From a virus, in the IMG/VR virus record IMGVR_UViG_3300045988_052978, positions 1-35,913 of that record: a stretch of DNA of 35,913 bases. The stretch is one strand, 5' to 3'. The translations under genes and the position numbers were made by a program. Below the pieces are notes generated by a model, which was not told where the DNA came from, did not search any database, and saw nothing but the letters and a program-made list of their open reading frames with translations. Below, piece by piece: positions 15,195 through 22,524 of the stretch; the first letter of the stretch is position 1; each line of letters opens with the position of its first letter.

Positions 15195-15475
15195 GCTGCC
15201 GCCCCCCCCTCAAGCACACGCTTGATCACTTCATCCGCACCGGGAACCATGTCGACGCTGACACATTTGGACACGCGCGAGGTGTCCCAAACGGGAGAGC
15301 TGCTGCCAATAAGCGCAGTCACGGAGCCGCGGAACACCGCCGCGCCCAAAGCGTCCCGGCCTTCCAGGCCGCGGTAGATGGCAGCGATCGCGCGGACGGC
15401 ATCAATAGCAATGTCGATCGCGGTTCCATGGACTTCCTGATGGACATGTTCATCGTCAACTGTAAGCTTAATCAT
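15191..15475 (-). CDS. Hypothetical early protein
   Basis: 94 aa, overlapping its neighbours by 4-8 nt in operon style. Confidence 0.55.
   Translation of the reverse strand: MIKLTVDDEHVHQEVHGTAIDIAIDAVRAIAAIYRGLEGRDALGAAVFRGSVTALIGSSSPVWDTSRVSKCVSVDMVPGADEVIKRVLEGGAAA
15202..15209 (-). repeat. G8 homopolymer at the junction of CDS 15191..15475 and CDS 14694..15194
   Basis: The run encodes GG in the upstream gene. It also forms the GAGGGGGGGG Shine-Dalgarno-like tract 7 nt before the downstream GTG. Confidence 0.75.
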
Positions 15476-16991
15476 CGTTCTCCTCCTTTTCCACCTCCGG
15501 CAGCCGAAGCCACCGGATCACTGTCATGCCGATCTTCTTATCCAGATTTTTGAACATCCACGCGCCGCCCAGCCAGCGCAGGAAGCAGCGCACGGGCTTC
15601 CCACCGTCGCCGGGATCTACATCGGCGACGACTTCACATTCCTCAGGCGGCGTCAGACCGCCGGGCATCCACGACGCCAGCACCACCTGGCCTGGCTCCG
15701 CGGACGCGGGCCGCAGCTGATCCGTCAGCCCCAGCAGGTAGTCGGTGGAGCAGTGCAGCGTCTGCGCCATGCTGGTCAAGTCCTTCGTCCGGTACGGAAT
15801 GATCTCGCTCAGCCCGTAGTTGCTCATGTCCTCCGGGATGTCGCCCTGCAAGATTTTCCTCAACACCCCAACTTTGGCCAGAGACGAGTAGGCGGATTCC
15901 CACTTCGTGTCGTCGTCCATCCCCGCTGCGTCGGCAGCCCGGACGATCCGCGCCGCGTCCGCCATAGCCTTCTGCACGGCTTTGCTGCGGGCCTTGGCGG
16001 CCTCCCGCTCCTCGCTGTCCTTCTGCTTGGCCTTGGCCTTTTCGTAGACGGCGCGGGCCTTGGCGCACATCTCCGCGCACGCCGCGCCGCATGCGCTGCC
16101 GTCCACCCTATGAGCACCGCCCGCACTGCACTCTACGCAGCACTTGCCGCCGCTGCAGCGCTCCCAGTTGTAGCAGGTCAGGTTATGTTTCAGGAATTTA
16201 TCCCGCTGAGTACAAACCCCGCCGTCCGGACACTTTAGGCCGATGACGTCATAGCAAAACCCCGTTTTCATTTTTGCACCGATTTCTCGAATATTGCTGG
16301 CCGTGGGCGTTTTCTTGGGGCAGACCCGCTTGATCCGCTCCTGCACGGCCTGCGGCAGACCGGCCAGCGCGTCGGCGGTGTCCTCCGGCAGGTCGCCGGC
16401 GTCCCACAGGGGCTTGTAGCAGGGGGCCAGATGCGCCTCGATCTTCTTCAGCCGCCCCAGCTTGGCCCGCTTGATGTTGCAGGCCTCCGCCACATGGTCG
16501 ATCATGCGCCCGGGGAACTCATAGCCCTGCTCCTTCAGCTGGTAGAATATCTCCTCCAGCCGCGCGGCCTGCTTGCCGATCTCCGCATTGGTCAGCACGC
16601 GGGTGTGGGCGTTGGCGAAGATCAGCTGCATCTCGTAGACCAGGGCGTTCCCGCCCGTCTTCCGGATGCACGGCACCTGCCGGAATCGCTCCTTGCCCTC
16701 GTCCACCAGCAGCTGCAGCGCCGCCCTGCGCCGGTGGCCGGAGATCAGCACCACATGGCCGTCCTCGCCGGGCCGCACCAGCAGTGGCTGCTGCAGGCCC
16801 ACCGTCTCGATGTCGCCGGCCAGATCGGGGATGTCCCTCAGCTCGTAGAAATTGCTGGGGTCGCTGTCGATCAGGTCAATGTCGATGTACTCGATCTGGT
16901 CGCGGCCCTCCGTTCCCGATTCGGGAACATCGCGCGCCAGCGCCCGGGTCAGTTCGCCCAAGTCAAACTTTTTCGAGGCTTTACCGGCCAT
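15468..16991 (-). CDS. ParB/Srx-domain protein with Cys-rich middle and HTH/DUF551-like C-terminal parts
   Basis: ParB N-domain motifs IDLIDSDPSNFYE...LQQPLLVRP...ISGHRRRAA. The start MAGKASKK is preceded by GGAGGTGA. A Cys cluster (CTQ..C..C..CC.EC) is present. Confidence 0.8.
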   Translation of the reverse strand: MAGKASKKFDLGELTRALARDVPESGTEGRDQIEYIDIDLIDSDPSNFYELRDIPDLAGDIETVGLQQPLLVRPGEDGHVVLISGHRRRAALQLLVDEGKERFRQVPCIRKTGGNALVYEMQLIFANAHTRVLTNAEIGKQAARLEEIFYQLKEQGYEFPGRMIDHVAEACNIKRAKLGRLKKIEAHLAPCYKPLWDAGDLPEDTADALAGLPQAVQERIKRVCPKKTPTASNIREIGAKMKTGFCYDVIGLKCPDGGVCTQRDKFLKHNLTCYNWERCSGGKCCVECSAGGAHRVDGSACGAACAEMCAKARAVYEKAKAKQKDSEEREAAKARSKAVQKAMADAARIVRAADAAGMDDDTKWESAYSSLAKVGVLRKILQGDIPEDMSNYGLSEIIPYRTKDLTSMAQTLHCSTDYLLGLTDQLRPASAEPGQVVLASWMPGGLTPPEECEVVADVDPGDGGKPVRCFLRWLGGAWMFKNLDKKIGMTVIRWLRLPEVEKEENDD

Positions 16992-17187
16992 CCGGATCAC
17001 CTCCGCCCATCTTCGCGCCATTCTCCACAAAGTTGCAGACCCTGGTCGCACAAGAGATGCACAGCTGCTTTTCCGCGGAGAACGATGACTTAAAGGCCAC
17101 GACGCCGTAGTGATTAAAATCCATGCTCACGCCATCGACTTCGTAGTCGATCTCACGCCCGCACATATCGCAGAACACTTTGACCAT
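16981..17187 (-). CDS. Small zinc-ribbon protein between parA and the ParB-like gene
   Basis: 68 aa, [12 protein letters not shown]...CISCATRV (two CxxC pairs). The start overlaps the parA stop by 1 nt. Confidence 0.55.
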   Translation of the reverse strand: MVKVFCDMCGREIDYEVDGVSMDFNHYGVVAFKSSFSAEKQLCISCATRVCNFVENGAKMGGGDPDGR

Positions 17188-17978
17188 CAGCCTGCCACCT
17201 CCTCGCCCAGATACTCCTTGACCCACGCCCGGTAGTCCTGCGCCGCATTGCTGCGGGGACTGTACTCGTCCAGCGGCTGCTGAGCCATGGTGGAGCCGTC
17301 TACGGGGCTCGACCACCGGATCACCGTGTCGAACACCTTCAGGCCCGGCGCGTTCCGCAGCACCTTCTCGCCCGTCAGCACGGCGTTATCTTTTCGCCAC
17401 TGGGTGATCAGCACGCCGTCAATGGCGTCGCTGCCCGCCGTCCGCATAGAGCGCAGCTGTGCCCGGAGCTTGGCCACGCCCCGCAGGGAAAAGCCGTCCA
17501 CCTTGGTGGTCACCACCACGCCCTCCGCGGCGTTCAGGGCGGCCACGCTGCCGGCGCTGAAGCCGGGCGGGCAGTCAAAGATCATGTAATCCACGCCATC
17601 TTCCGCTGCCGCATCCCGGAAGTCCTCAAACGGCTTGATGGACACGCTCTGCCCCGCCTTGATGGCGGCGATGTCCAGAGCGTACAAGGACGAGTCGGCC
17701 GGCAGCAGCGACACCAGACCGTCGCTGCCCAGCGGGATCACGTTGTCGCTCCACAGCGGCTCAGCGCCGCCCATCAGCAGGTCGGTCACCGTAATGCCGC
17801 CATCCTCCAGCGCGTCCAGCGCCGCCTCCTGCAGGTAGAACTCCGTCAGATTGGCCTGACCGTCGCAGTCCACCAGCACCACCGACTTACCGGCCCGCCG
17901 CAGCACGTCGGCCAAATTGAGGGCCGTGACCGTCTTACCCACGCCGCCCTTCAGGTTCATGATCGCTATTGTTCTCAT
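17187..17978 (-). CDS. parA: ParA/Soj-family partition ATPase
   Basis: Deviant Walker [11 protein letters not shown], followed by [12 protein letters not shown]. 263 aa. Confidence 0.9.
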   Translation of the reverse strand: MRTIAIMNLKGGVGKTVTALNLADVLRRAGKSVVLVDCDGQANLTEFYLQEAALDALEDGGITVTDLLMGGAEPLWSDNVIPLGSDGLVSLLPADSSLYALDIAAIKAGQSVSIKPFEDFRDAAAEDGVDYMIFDCPPGFSAGSVAALNAAEGVVVTTKVDGFSLRGVAKLRAQLRSMRTAGSDAIDGVLITQWRKDNAVLTGEKVLRNAPGLKVFDTVIRWSSPVDGSTMAQQPLDEYSPRSNAAQDYRAWVKEYLGEEVAG

Positions 17979-18180
17979 TCAGCATCGTCCTTCTTTCCGC
18001 CCGGGTGAGCCATATGCTCTCCCGGTATGTATAATTTTTCGTGCGCCGCTCCACCACCGCGAAGCGCAGCTCCGGATGGATCCACGCCACCCAGCCCGGC
18101 ACGGGCTTGCTCTTGATCTCGCCCGTCACGCCGGCGCGGTTGCAGTACGGCACAAACATGATCTTGTCGCCGATTTCCAT
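17935..18180 (-). CDS. Hypothetical protein ([17 protein letters not shown]...)
   Basis: The start is preceded by TTGAGGAGGTGTCCG. GC3 is very high in this frame. Its RBS and first 12 codons are duplicated at 18716-18766. Confidence 0.6.
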   Translation of the reverse strand: MEIGDKIMFVPYCNRAGVTGEIKSKPVPGWVAWIHPELRFAVVERRTKNYTYRESIWLTRAERRTMLNENNSDHEPEGRRG

Positions 18181-18634
18181 CGGACACCTCCTCAATTCGC
18201 CCCGCCAGCCGTTCCAGCTTGTATTGGCGGTACTTGTCCACAGTTCCCTTGCAGTCAAACAGAATCACCAACTGCTGAAGCATGATCTGCACGTCGGCGA
18301 CCTCCTCTGCAATGGCTTCCACGTTGTCCCGGCCACGACAGCGCTTGCAGAGTTCTTTTGCCAGTTCGCTCATTTCCTCGATGGCCATTGTCATCTGCGC
18401 CCTTTCCCCGAATGCCTCCAGCGCTGCACGGCAGATTTTGTCACCAGACCCCCCATTGGCCCACCGCAGCGCTTCTATCTCCCGCTGCTGGTTCTCGATC
18501 AGGTCGGCGGCGGCCGGAGCCAATACTTTACGACACGGTTCACGGCTTATCTCGTTCATTGGGCAATCTTCTTCGCAGTCTCGCCCCGGTTTTGCACAGC
18601 ACCGCAGCGCGGTCACGATCTCATCTCTTGTCAT
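17975..18634 (-). CDS. Cys-rich + MazG-like NTP pyrophosphohydrolase domain protein; its 3' third reads out of frame across the next gene
   Basis: The start MTRDEIV follows AAGGAG. The MazG-like helix pair is [12 protein letters not shown]...[16 protein letters not shown]. No stop occurs before 17975. From about 18180 downward GC3 drops while the other frame looks coding. Confidence 0.55.
   Translation of the reverse strand: MTRDEIVTALRCCAKPGRDCEEDCPMNEISREPCRKVLAPAAADLIENQQREIEALRWANGGSGDKICRAALEAFGERAQMTMAIEEMSELAKELCKRCRGRDNVEAIAEEVADVQIMLQQLVILFDCKGTVDKYRQYKLERLAGRIEEVSDGNRRQDHVCAVLQPRRRDGRDQEQARAGLGGVDPSGAALRGGGAAHEKLYIPGEHMAHPGGKKDDAE
18145..18195 (-). repeat. 51-bp direct repeat, copy 1 (RBS + first 12 codons of gene 17935..18180)
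   Basis: gtacggcacaaacatgatcttgtcgccgatttccatcggacacctcctcaa; 50/51 identical to 18716-18766. Confidence 0.9.
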
Positions 18635-18697
18635 GTCATTACTCCTTTTATCCAGGAAATTCTTCAAAAATGCACGTCTGGAACGCCGCCTGCATAT

Positions 18698-18751
18698 TTA
18701 CCCGCCGTGCAAGGCGTACGGCACAAACATGATCTCGTCGCCGATTTCCAT
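18698..18751 (-). pseudogene. Truncated 17-codon duplicate of the 5' end of gene 17935..18180
   Basis: MEIGDEIMFVPYALHGG followed by a stop. It has the same RBS as the full gene, directly after the dnaB stop. Confidence 0.7.
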
Positions 18752-18766
18752 CGGACACCTCCTCAA
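18716..18766 (-). repeat. 51-bp direct repeat, copy 2
   Basis: Offset 571 bp from copy 1, with one mismatch (18736 c versus 18165 t). It overlaps the dnaB stop codon. Confidence 0.9.
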
Positions 18767-20166
18767 AACGGCATGTCACCGTCGTCTTTGATCTCTGTCA
18801 GCTTGACCTGACCGGGAACGGGGTCCGTGCGCTTCCCGGCGTTCTTGGCCTTCTTCGCCTTGGCTTTCTCAGCAAAGTGCCGCATGACGGCCTGGCCGTT
18901 CGGCCCGGCCATAATGGCCATCCGCTGCTTGGCACCGTCGAAGTGCATCAGCCAGCTCTTCAGCGGGCCTTCCTTCTGCTTGGCCAGCTTCAGGATGCGG
19001 GATTCCTCCGGGTCCACCTCCACGCCGTCGATCTCCGTTCCCGGCTTGGGCTTGTACAGCAGCAAGATGATGTCAGCGTCCTGCTCCAGCTGGCCGGTCT
19101 CCTTCAGGTCGTGCATGGTCGGCTCCCGCCACTTGGACTGCTTATCCGGGCGGGACAGCTGCGCCAGCTCCACCACCAGTGTGCCGCTGGACTGGGCGAA
19201 CATGTGCATGGATCGGCTCACCGCCGCCATGGCCTGCGTCTGCCCCAGCCGGGGATCCGTCTCCGGCACGATCAGCTGGACATAGTCCACAAAGACGATG
19301 TCGAAGCCATAGGACCTGCTGATAGCCTGAATCTGAGAGGCGGTCATGCCGCCGCCCCGAAGAAGCACCAGATTGCGGCTCGTAAAGTCCTGTCCGCCCT
19401 CGGCCACCCGGTACCAGTCGCTCTCCCGCAGCTGGTACCGCTTGATGGCCGTAAAGTCCACGTCGATAGCGCCGGACACCAGACGCACGGCCAGCTTCTT
19501 GGGCTTGGTCTCCAGGCTGAAAAAGCCCACCTTGTAGCGCTTGGCCATGTGATAAGCCATCTGCAGCGCCAGCAGCGTCTTGCCGCTGGAAGGCTCACCG
19601 CCCACAACGATGACGTCGCCCAGCTCCGTAAAGGTGCTCTCGTCCACCTCACGAATGCCGTAGCTGACGTACTCCACCTTCTCGTCGGTGTCCTGTGTCG
19701 ACATGAAGTAGCGGTAGGCGTCCGCCATTGTCCACGCCTCAATGCCGCGCCCTGCCGATAGCATCTCACCCAGTGCGGCGATCTTGCCCCGGCAGCCCTC
19801 CAGCGTGGGCTCTGCCATCAGGTCGTGGGCCATGTCCCGGATGCGTGTCAAAACGGCCTGCTCGTGCATAATGGCGGCATATTCCCTCCAGTTGGCGGTG
19901 GTGGGCACGACCTCCATCAGCTTCATCAACCGATCAGTATACTCCGCCCCCAGCTGGTTCCGGAGCGTCACCGGGTCTATCGGCTTGTCCTCCAGCAGCA
20001 GCGCACGAGCCGCCTGATAGATCCTGCGGTTGGCAGCATTGCCAATGTCCGCCACATCCACCGCCGCCAGAATAGATGGCGCCAACCGTTCGTCCAGCAG
20101 CAGCGCGCCGATGACGGCGTTCTCCGCCTCCAGCCAGAGCTGGGCGGACATCTTCACATCAGACAT
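18763..20166 (-). CDS. dnaB: Replicative DNA helicase, DnaB family
   Basis: 467 aa. It has a DnaB N-terminal domain (AENAVIGALLLD) and a Walker A motif, GGEPSSGKT. The C-terminus is RecA-like. Confidence 0.92.
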   Translation of the reverse strand: MSDVKMSAQLWLEAENAVIGALLLDERLAPSILAAVDVADIGNAANRRIYQAARALLLEDKPIDPVTLRNQLGAEYTDRLMKLMEVVPTTANWREYAAIMHEQAVLTRIRDMAHDLMAEPTLEGCRGKIAALGEMLSAGRGIEAWTMADAYRYFMSTQDTDEKVEYVSYGIREVDESTFTELGDVIVVGGEPSSGKTLLALQMAYHMAKRYKVGFFSLETKPKKLAVRLVSGAIDVDFTAIKRYQLRESDWYRVAEGGQDFTSRNLVLLRGGGMTASQIQAISRSYGFDIVFVDYVQLIVPETDPRLGQTQAMAAVSRSMHMFAQSSGTLVVELAQLSRPDKQSKWREPTMHDLKETGQLEQDADIILLLYKPKPGTEIDGVEVDPEESRILKLAKQKEGPLKSWLMHFDGAKQRMAIMAGPNGQAVMRHFAEKAKAKKAKNAGKRTDPVPGQVKLTEIKDDGDMPF

Positions 20167-20960
20167 CCGTCACCCCCCAGCCGGAATCGCGGCTTTTCGT
20201 CGTCGGTGGGGCCCTTGGCCGTCTGCGTCGCCTGCGGCACCTCCGGCATCTCCAGCACCCCGCCGTTGCGGCGGATGCTGTTGAGCCACACGGACACCGT
20301 CTTGACGCCGTAGCCCCTGGCGTACTGGTCATCATACTTGAGCTTCAACTGCAGCCAGCGGCCCATGTCGCGGATCAGCTCCGGAGAAGGCTTCAGTGCG
20401 TTCCATGCGCGGCGGGCCTCGCCCTTGTCGCCCTTGCTGGTTTTGGTCACAGAGCCGTCCGAGTTGGTCTTCTCGATCACGGGGTAGAAATCCCACAGGC
20501 CCTCGAACCGTTCCGGCTCCCATTCCGCCTTTTGGCCACGCTTCCCCCTTTGGGGGGTAAGGGGGGTATTATTCACTGTATTATTCAACATATTATAGAC
20601 TCCGCAATTTTGCGGAGACCCCCTCCGCAATTTTGCGGAGACCCCCTCCGCAATTTTGCGGACACCCCCCACAGCCACACCGGCGTAGATGCGCCGCTCG
20701 GTACCGCCGCCGCAGGGCGCCATCTCCACCTCGATGTGACCGGCGTCCCGCAGGGCGGAGACCAGCCGGGTCACTGACTTGGTGGCCCAGCCGAACAGCT
20801 GGGCAAAGTACTCGTTGGAGGCCCAGCAGTAGCCCTCGTTGTTGCACAGGGCCGTGATCTCGCCGTAGAGCAGCTTGGCGTTGGCGGGGAGGTCATCGTC
20901 ATAGCGCACGTCGGCCGGGATCACCGCCCAGTACGCCGGACGCTCTAAATTTTCTGCCAT
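20154..20960 (-). CDS. Replication initiator / replisome organiser with N-terminal winged-HTH; the origin lies inside the gene
   Basis: N-terminal motif YGEITAL...GYCWASNEYFAQLFGWATKSVTRLVSALRDAGHI. The iteron array lies in the linker. The gene precedes dnaB with a 13-nt overlap. Confidence 0.75.
   Translation of the reverse strand: MAENLERPAYWAVIPADVRYDDDLPANAKLLYGEITALCNNEGYCWASNEYFAQLFGWATKSVTRLVSALRDAGHIEVEMAPCGGGTERRIYAGVAVGGVRKIAEGVSAKLRRGSPQNCGVYNMLNNTVNNTPLTPQRGKRGQKAEWEPERFEGLWDFYPVIEKTNSDGSVTKTSKGDKGEARRAWNALKPSPELIRDMGRWLQLKLKYDDQYARGYGVKTVSVWLNSIRRNGGVLEMPEVPQATQTAKGPTDDEKPRFRLGGDGCLM
20567..20599. other. AT-rich segment next to the iterons (candidate DNA unwinding element)
   Basis: tattattcactgtattattcaacatattataga has 6 G/C in 33 nt, within an otherwise GC-rich gene. 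Confidence 0.55.
20600..20668. repeat. Origin iterons: 3 tandem 23-bp repeats ctccgcaattttgcgga(g/c)acccc
   Basis: Copies at 20600-22, 20623-45 and 20646-68, with one mismatch. Each holds the dyad ccgcaa-tt-ttgcgg. Because 23 is not a multiple of 3, each copy is read in a different frame. Confidence 0.85.
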
Positions 20961-20976
20961 TTTCCCAAATTCCCCC

Positions 20977-21005
20977 TTGCCAGTTCAAGTAATTTCTGCT
21001 ACAAT
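20977..21005 (+). promoter_or_regulatory. Plus-strand sigma-70-like promoter TTGCCA-N17-TACAAT
   Basis: -35 at 20977-82, a 17-nt spacer, and -10 at 21000-05. It points away from the initiator gene, into the intergenic region. Confidence 0.5.
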
Positions 21006-21011
21006 ATTAGT

Positions 21012-21081
21012 GTTCTCATTCGGCAGATTTGATCTGCCCTGACCGCTTTTCGGTGCCAGCCGAAAGGCGGTCTTTCTTTTT
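21012..21081 (+). ncRNA. Candidate ~70-nt antisense sRNA (lambda oop-like position)
   Basis: The promoter above is followed by hairpin ggcagat-ttg-atctgcc (21022-38). An intrinsic terminator follows at 21041-81. There is no plus-strand ORF here. Confidence 0.5.
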
Positions 21082-21168
21082 GCCCAGCGATTCCGCCAGC
21101 GTGACCGTCGCCGAAGCCATCGTCCACGCGCCCACGACAACCGCCGCGTAAAGGATGAAGTCACCCAC
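21016..21168 (-). CDS. Small membrane protein (50 aa), alternative frame to track ORF 20985..21170
   Basis: AGGAGG-N8-GTG, giving MGDFILYAAVVVGAWTMASATVTLAESLGKKKDRLSAGTEKRSGQIKSAE. GC3 is about 72%, versus about 52% for the listed Arg/Trp-rich frame. Confidence 0.45.
   Translation of the reverse strand: MGDFILYAAVVVGAWTMASATVTLAESLGKKKDRLSAGTEKRSGQIKSAE
21041..21081 (+). terminator. Rho-independent terminator, plus strand only
   Basis: gaccgcttttcgg-tgccag-ccgaaaggcggtc forms a 13-bp stem with one G-U pair, followed by tttcttttt. On the minus strand there is an A-C mismatch and no U-tract. Confidence 0.7.
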
Positions 21169-21220
21169 ACGTCTCACCTCCTTTCACATGCTCCTTCCTT
21201 CCGCCCTCTGGCGGCTGTTT

Positions 21221-21469
21221 TCATGCCGAGATGAACTGCATCACCTCGTCCGCACTGAACCGCAGGTGCCGGTTCAGGAGCCGAACGTCGGCTACCGTCC
21301 ACCCGCCGGTGTTCATCTTGGTGCTCATGGTGGACTCGTTCATCCCGATTTTCCGGGCCAGCGCTGCCTGAGACGGGATGTCCCGCTCCGCGCACTTCAT
21401 CCGGATCATGCGGCTCTGCTTTTTGGCCCGCTCCTGGCCTTCGTCCCGGATCAAATTGACCTTCGGCAT
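21221..21469 (-). CDS. HTH DNA-binding protein (start trimmed to MPKVNL)
   Basis: GGAGGAGGTGTAACC-ATG. HTH segment IPSQAALARKIGMNESTMSTKMN. 82 aa. Confidence 0.65.
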   Translation of the reverse strand: MPKVNLIRDEGQERAKKQSRMIRMKCAERDIPSQAALARKIGMNESTMSTKMNTGGWTVADVRLLNRHLRFSADEVMQFISA

Positions 21470-21471
21470 GG

Positions 21472-21924
21472 TTACACCTCCTCCGTATACATCAGGGCCA
21501 GCGCGGCCTTGACGATCTCGCCTAATTCCGCCGTGATGGACAAAAACTCCGGCCACTCTTCATCATCGATCACGCCGTCCTCGGCGATCTCCAGCAACCG
21601 GTCGTCCCGGTGGCCGTCGGCAAACCGCATGATCCGCCGCACCAGCTTGATGACGTCCGTCGGAAACCGCTCCGGCCGGGCCTCCCGCACACACTCAGGA
21701 AGCAGGTTGCCGAACAGCTGAAGGTGCTGTAGTCCCAGAAACTGGGTGTTGTAGACGATGCACATGCGGGCCACCACGTCGCCCGCGGGGACGCGCTCGC
21801 CGCCCTCATAGGCCCGCAAACTGGTCAGGCTCACCGCCAGCCGTTCCGCGGCCGCCTCCTGCGTCAGACCTGCCGATTTTCGGGCGGTCTGGTAGATGTT
21901 TCTGCTGTTATCCTGCATGGACAA
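21472..21924 (-). CDS. XRE-family HTH regulator with a C-terminal helical domain
   Basis: N-terminal motif ARKSAGLTQEAAAERLAVSLTSLRAYEGGERVP. 150 aa. Confidence 0.75.
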   Translation of the reverse strand: MSMQDNSRNIYQTARKSAGLTQEAAAERLAVSLTSLRAYEGGERVPAGDVVARMCIVYNTQFLGLQHLQLFGNLLPECVREARPERFPTDVIKLVRRIMRFADGHRDDRLLEIAEDGVIDDEEWPEFLSITAELGEIVKAALALMYTEEV

Positions 21925-21965
21925 ACAACCCTCCTTCCGCTATGCTTGACCTAGGCGCTGGGGCG

Positions 21966-22238
21966 TTACTGCGCCAACCTGAATACCGAGTAGCAGCGGT
22001 TTCCATCGTCGTCAAGAACGTCTTCGACCTTGCAAAGATGAGACAGCGCCTCACTCATTGGAGACCCGTAGGTTCCGCGCTCCCATAACCTGGAAGCCTC
22101 TGCCATTTTCCAGAAGCAGCCGACTTCGATACCGGCGTTGGGGCCAAGAAAAGAACAATACTTTCTAAATTTCGCTTTGATAAAATTCTCGCACCAGTCG
22201 ACCTTGATGTCGACCTTGACGGCCTTCTTTGGCGCCAT
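21966..22238 (-). CDS. Hypothetical early protein
   Basis: 90 aa, with RBS AAGGAGG. G+C is lower than in the structural genes. Confidence 0.55.
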   Translation of the reverse strand: MAPKKAVKVDIKVDWCENFIKAKFRKYCSFLGPNAGIEVGCFWKMAEASRLWERGTYGSPMSEALSHLCKVEDVLDDDGNRCYSVFRLAQ

Positions 22239-22263
22239 TTTGGATACCTCCTTGTCGTATTAC

Positions 22264-22488
22264 TCAGGCGCTGGCGGAACCCACCAGCTCATCCAGCGAG
22301 CAGCCCAGCGCCTTGGCCAGCGCTACCGCCGTCACCAGCGACGGCACCTTGAGGCCGCTCTCGAACCGGTTGATGGCCGCCGCCGTCACATCGCACTGGC
22401 GGCCCAGCTCTGACTGGCTCAGGCCCTTGGCCTCACGCCGCCACCGGATGTTGTTGCTTAGTTGCACAATATCACCACCTTTAACCAT
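22264..22488 (-). CDS. Cro-like XRE HTH regulator (probable true start GTG at 22467)
   Basis: HTH segment GLSQSELGRQCDVTAAAINRFESG. The ATG at 22488 lacks an RBS, whereas AAAGGTGGTG-N5 precedes the GTG at 22467. It is the first gene of the minus-strand early operon. Confidence 0.75.
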   Translation of the reverse strand: MVKGGDIVQLSNNIRWRREAKGLSQSELGRQCDVTAAAINRFESGLKVPSLVTAVALAKALGCSLDELVGSASA

Positions 22489-22494
22489 GGTTAA
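22481..22494. promoter_or_regulatory. Perfect 14-bp palindrome ttaaccatggttaa abutting a -35 box
   Basis: Self-complementary. It covers the ATG at 22488 and ends 1 nt before the TTGACA at 22496. Confidence 0.45.
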
Positions 22495-22495
22495 C

Positions 22496-22524
22496 TTGAC
22501 AGGGCGCGAAACGGGTGGTACGAT
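22496..22524 (+). promoter_or_regulatory. Plus-strand promoter TTGACA-N17-TACGAT inside the Cro-gene leader (PRE-like orientation)
   Basis: Consensus -35 and a 17-nt spacer. The -10 overlaps the left arm of the 12-bp inverted repeat. Confidence 0.45.

Noticed and set aside
17975-18180. The C-terminal ~70 codons of the MazG-like ORF as genuine coding sequence.
   Set aside because: In this segment the alternative frame (gene 17935..18180) has very high GC3, its own duplicated RBS and a protein-like sequence. The MazG-like frame drops to roughly 45% GC3. It is retained only as read-through caused by loss of a stop.
20600-20668. The three 23-bp tandem repeats as a CRISPR array or generic minisatellite.
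   Set aside because: There are no spacers, since the repeats are contiguous, and no cas genes. The location inside the initiator gene next to an AT-rich block fits origin iterons.
20985-21170. 61-aa Arg/Trp-rich track ORF in the regulator-initiator spacer.
   Set aside because: It has lower GC3 and an implausible composition. An overlapping 50-aa frame with the same RBS region looks more protein-like. The 3' part of the interval is better explained by the plus-strand sRNA and terminator.
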